From NCBI GenBank assembly GCA_051294905.1, contig CM119372.1:18414001-18478000 (forward strand): DNA of 64,000 bases, in the 5' to 3' direction. Below are positions 62,036 through 64,000 of this stretch, in pieces; the stretch's first letter is position 1, and every line of letters starts with the position of its first letter. This DNA comes from Botryllus schlosseri (taxonomy: Eukaryota). Below the pieces are notes generated by a model. That model was not told the origin of the DNA. It made no database searches and saw nothing but the letters and a program-made list of their open reading frames with translations. Made by a program: the position numbers and the translations under genes.

Positions 62036-64000
62036 GTGATTCCCGTATAGGCCACCCCACATAAACGAAAGTATCACTGAAAACAATAGCAACTCAATTT
62101 TTGTATCGCTATGTTTCCCGCTCTTGGTAAACTTAATGTGCGTGGAATGGCATCCCTTTGTGTCATTTCATTGTTGGTAAATACGTGTGCTAAATTGACT
62201 GCTTCGAAGTATTCCTTCCCTATTATGTTGCCAGCGCAAGGCAGGCCGTTTGTGACTATTTGTCGCCATCAATCCACGTTGCAGGCCGATACATGGTTAA
62301 ACGCCATTGACAATATGGCGAAACGCCCGAGATAGCGATCTCATATTATGTTATTCGCGTTTCATCGATGCCATCTCGGCTGTTATCGTGCTACGATCTG
62401 AATTGACGTGATACCGTAATGCATTAATTTTACGAAAAACACCACATCATGGACGATCGCCATACCATATTTCCCTACGCTGTCATCGCAGATCGTACCA
62501 CAAATCTGCCGCGGCTATCGTGGGTTATCCAATCGCGATGAGCCGATGACCCTCGCCTATCTATCACGCTGCCGACCGCGATTACCACTATTATCTTTGC
62601 GAATAAGAAGTGATGGAATCGTAAGGATATGACTTGCTAATTGCCTATGGAAAGGCATGACGTATAAGCACGGAAGGAGTGAATCATCCTCGAAATCTGG
62701 TTAGATCTCTTCAAGATGTGCGGCGCGCAGTTCCGGTATAATTTGTGATCGAGACGCATTGCTAATTTGGAGACAAAACATTCCTTCATGAGAGTACACT
62801 TGTGATGATTTCTTTTACCACGAATTTCAGTCATAATACAATATATCGCTACGCGGACGAAACCATCCAATTATCTACGCTTACCATGCAATTAACAAAC
62901 AAAAACCTTTTCGGCATATAGGATTCTATGATCCGAAAGTGCGTCCCTCTTTGTAGCACACGTTTTCCGGCGGGTGGTAATCGTGTCTTCTTTTGTAAGT
63001 ATGTAGTATATTCGGAAGTGTGGCAACTTCTCGAATTTGTTTCACATGCTCGACCTTTTTTGTCTTATAATCGTTATAATACCACTGTGTCTCACAAAAG
63101 CCTAGAAGGAAAGTGGGTCTTGCTACAAGGTGGCAGTTGACGAATCATAATAAGCTGTATCGGCCTGGTGTAAAATGAGCATAGCTTTCGAAACACCATG
63201 AATACCTAAACAATAAAAACAACCACGGCCTGCGTGGGTTTGAAGTATATGCACATTCGAATACAATACATTCACGTAAATGCGTGATGTTATATCCTAC
63301 GTAAAATATCATTTTAATTTCCTTTCAATGGATCATTTACTCGTTTCCTAAATGACTTGATCTTCAACGGTGAACGACGAAAACGGGACCAGTACATCCA
63401 TGACGCCCTCGGGGCAAAAATGGCAAGCGCGTATTGTAAATTTTCTCCCTGAATTTCGGAAATATTTTATCTATCTAACCGGTACAGTAACAAGACCTGA
63501 TCGCGAAATTTTACTTGATAGCCGGCGCAGGTCAAAGTATCGCTCAGTCACACGCATTTACCGATTTTGCCCGATCTCCACTTTCCTAGAAATCCACCTG
63601 TTGTACGGTTTGGCATGTGATTGCACCGACCGTTGAGCCCCTCATTATGACGCGCCACATTCTTGTCCTAGTTTGCGAAGTTGACCTTGAGTCCAGTTTG
63701 GCCCAAGTCGGATATATTCGGCGTATATAGGCTGCAGCTTATAGCCAGAGGGGGCAAAAGACGAGATTGCATTCGTCAAATTCTGTTTTTGTGGTCGTTG
63801 CTTCGCTATGTATCTGATAGCGGCTATAGCGACAGCTGTTGTTGTGCTTGCCAAAAGTTCTGACTCTACTCCTAGGCGCATATAGGTTCGTTTCAATGTT
63901 GGAATTTGTTATTGATTCTTCATTTCTGAATGCGAACACCCATAGTTTCTGGCTCTCCACAGAATTCAACCCATCATGAATAAAACGCAACAGCCAGAAC

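Overview
Intron-rich animal genomic DNA, about 40% GC, with one N gap at 43191-43367. Short 60-110 nt introns and the MITE/SINE content suggest an ascidian or similar invertebrate chordate; this is an inference and was not verified. Two minus-strand genes can be rebuilt from splice sites and phase continuity. (1) A doublecortin-like kinase locus (DCLK3-like) spanning about 37.3 kb to below 0.6 kb. An N-type DCX domain is encoded at 37.3-32.8 kb and a DCLK3-type DCX domain at 4.07-2.73 kb, followed by a charged coiled coil; the kinase domain is expected left of the window and is not visible. Between the two DCX domains lie three large low-complexity coding blocks (18.7, 13.6-10.8 and 10.0-9.2 kb). 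All end in phase-1 donors compatible with the linker exon at 7460, which suggests alternative N-termini or giant cassette exons. (2) A mosaic trypsin-family protease at about 49.6-42.9 kb, possibly from 51.9 kb: Sushi/CCP, helical linker, trefoil, then a protease domain with an intact triad and an unusual R|VFCG activation site. The introns are full of non-autonomous hAT and Tc1-type MITEs with readable TIRs and TSDs, including a three-level nest at 21.2-26.8 kb. There are also two tRNA-derived SINE families, a Penelope-like RT/GIY-YIG relic, a hAT transposase relic, and three or four minimal hammerhead-ribozyme-like motifs whose 5' tail and loop 2 are complementary. The 52-64 kb region has coding-like patches that could not be resolved. 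No rRNA, true tRNA or CRISPR array is supported.
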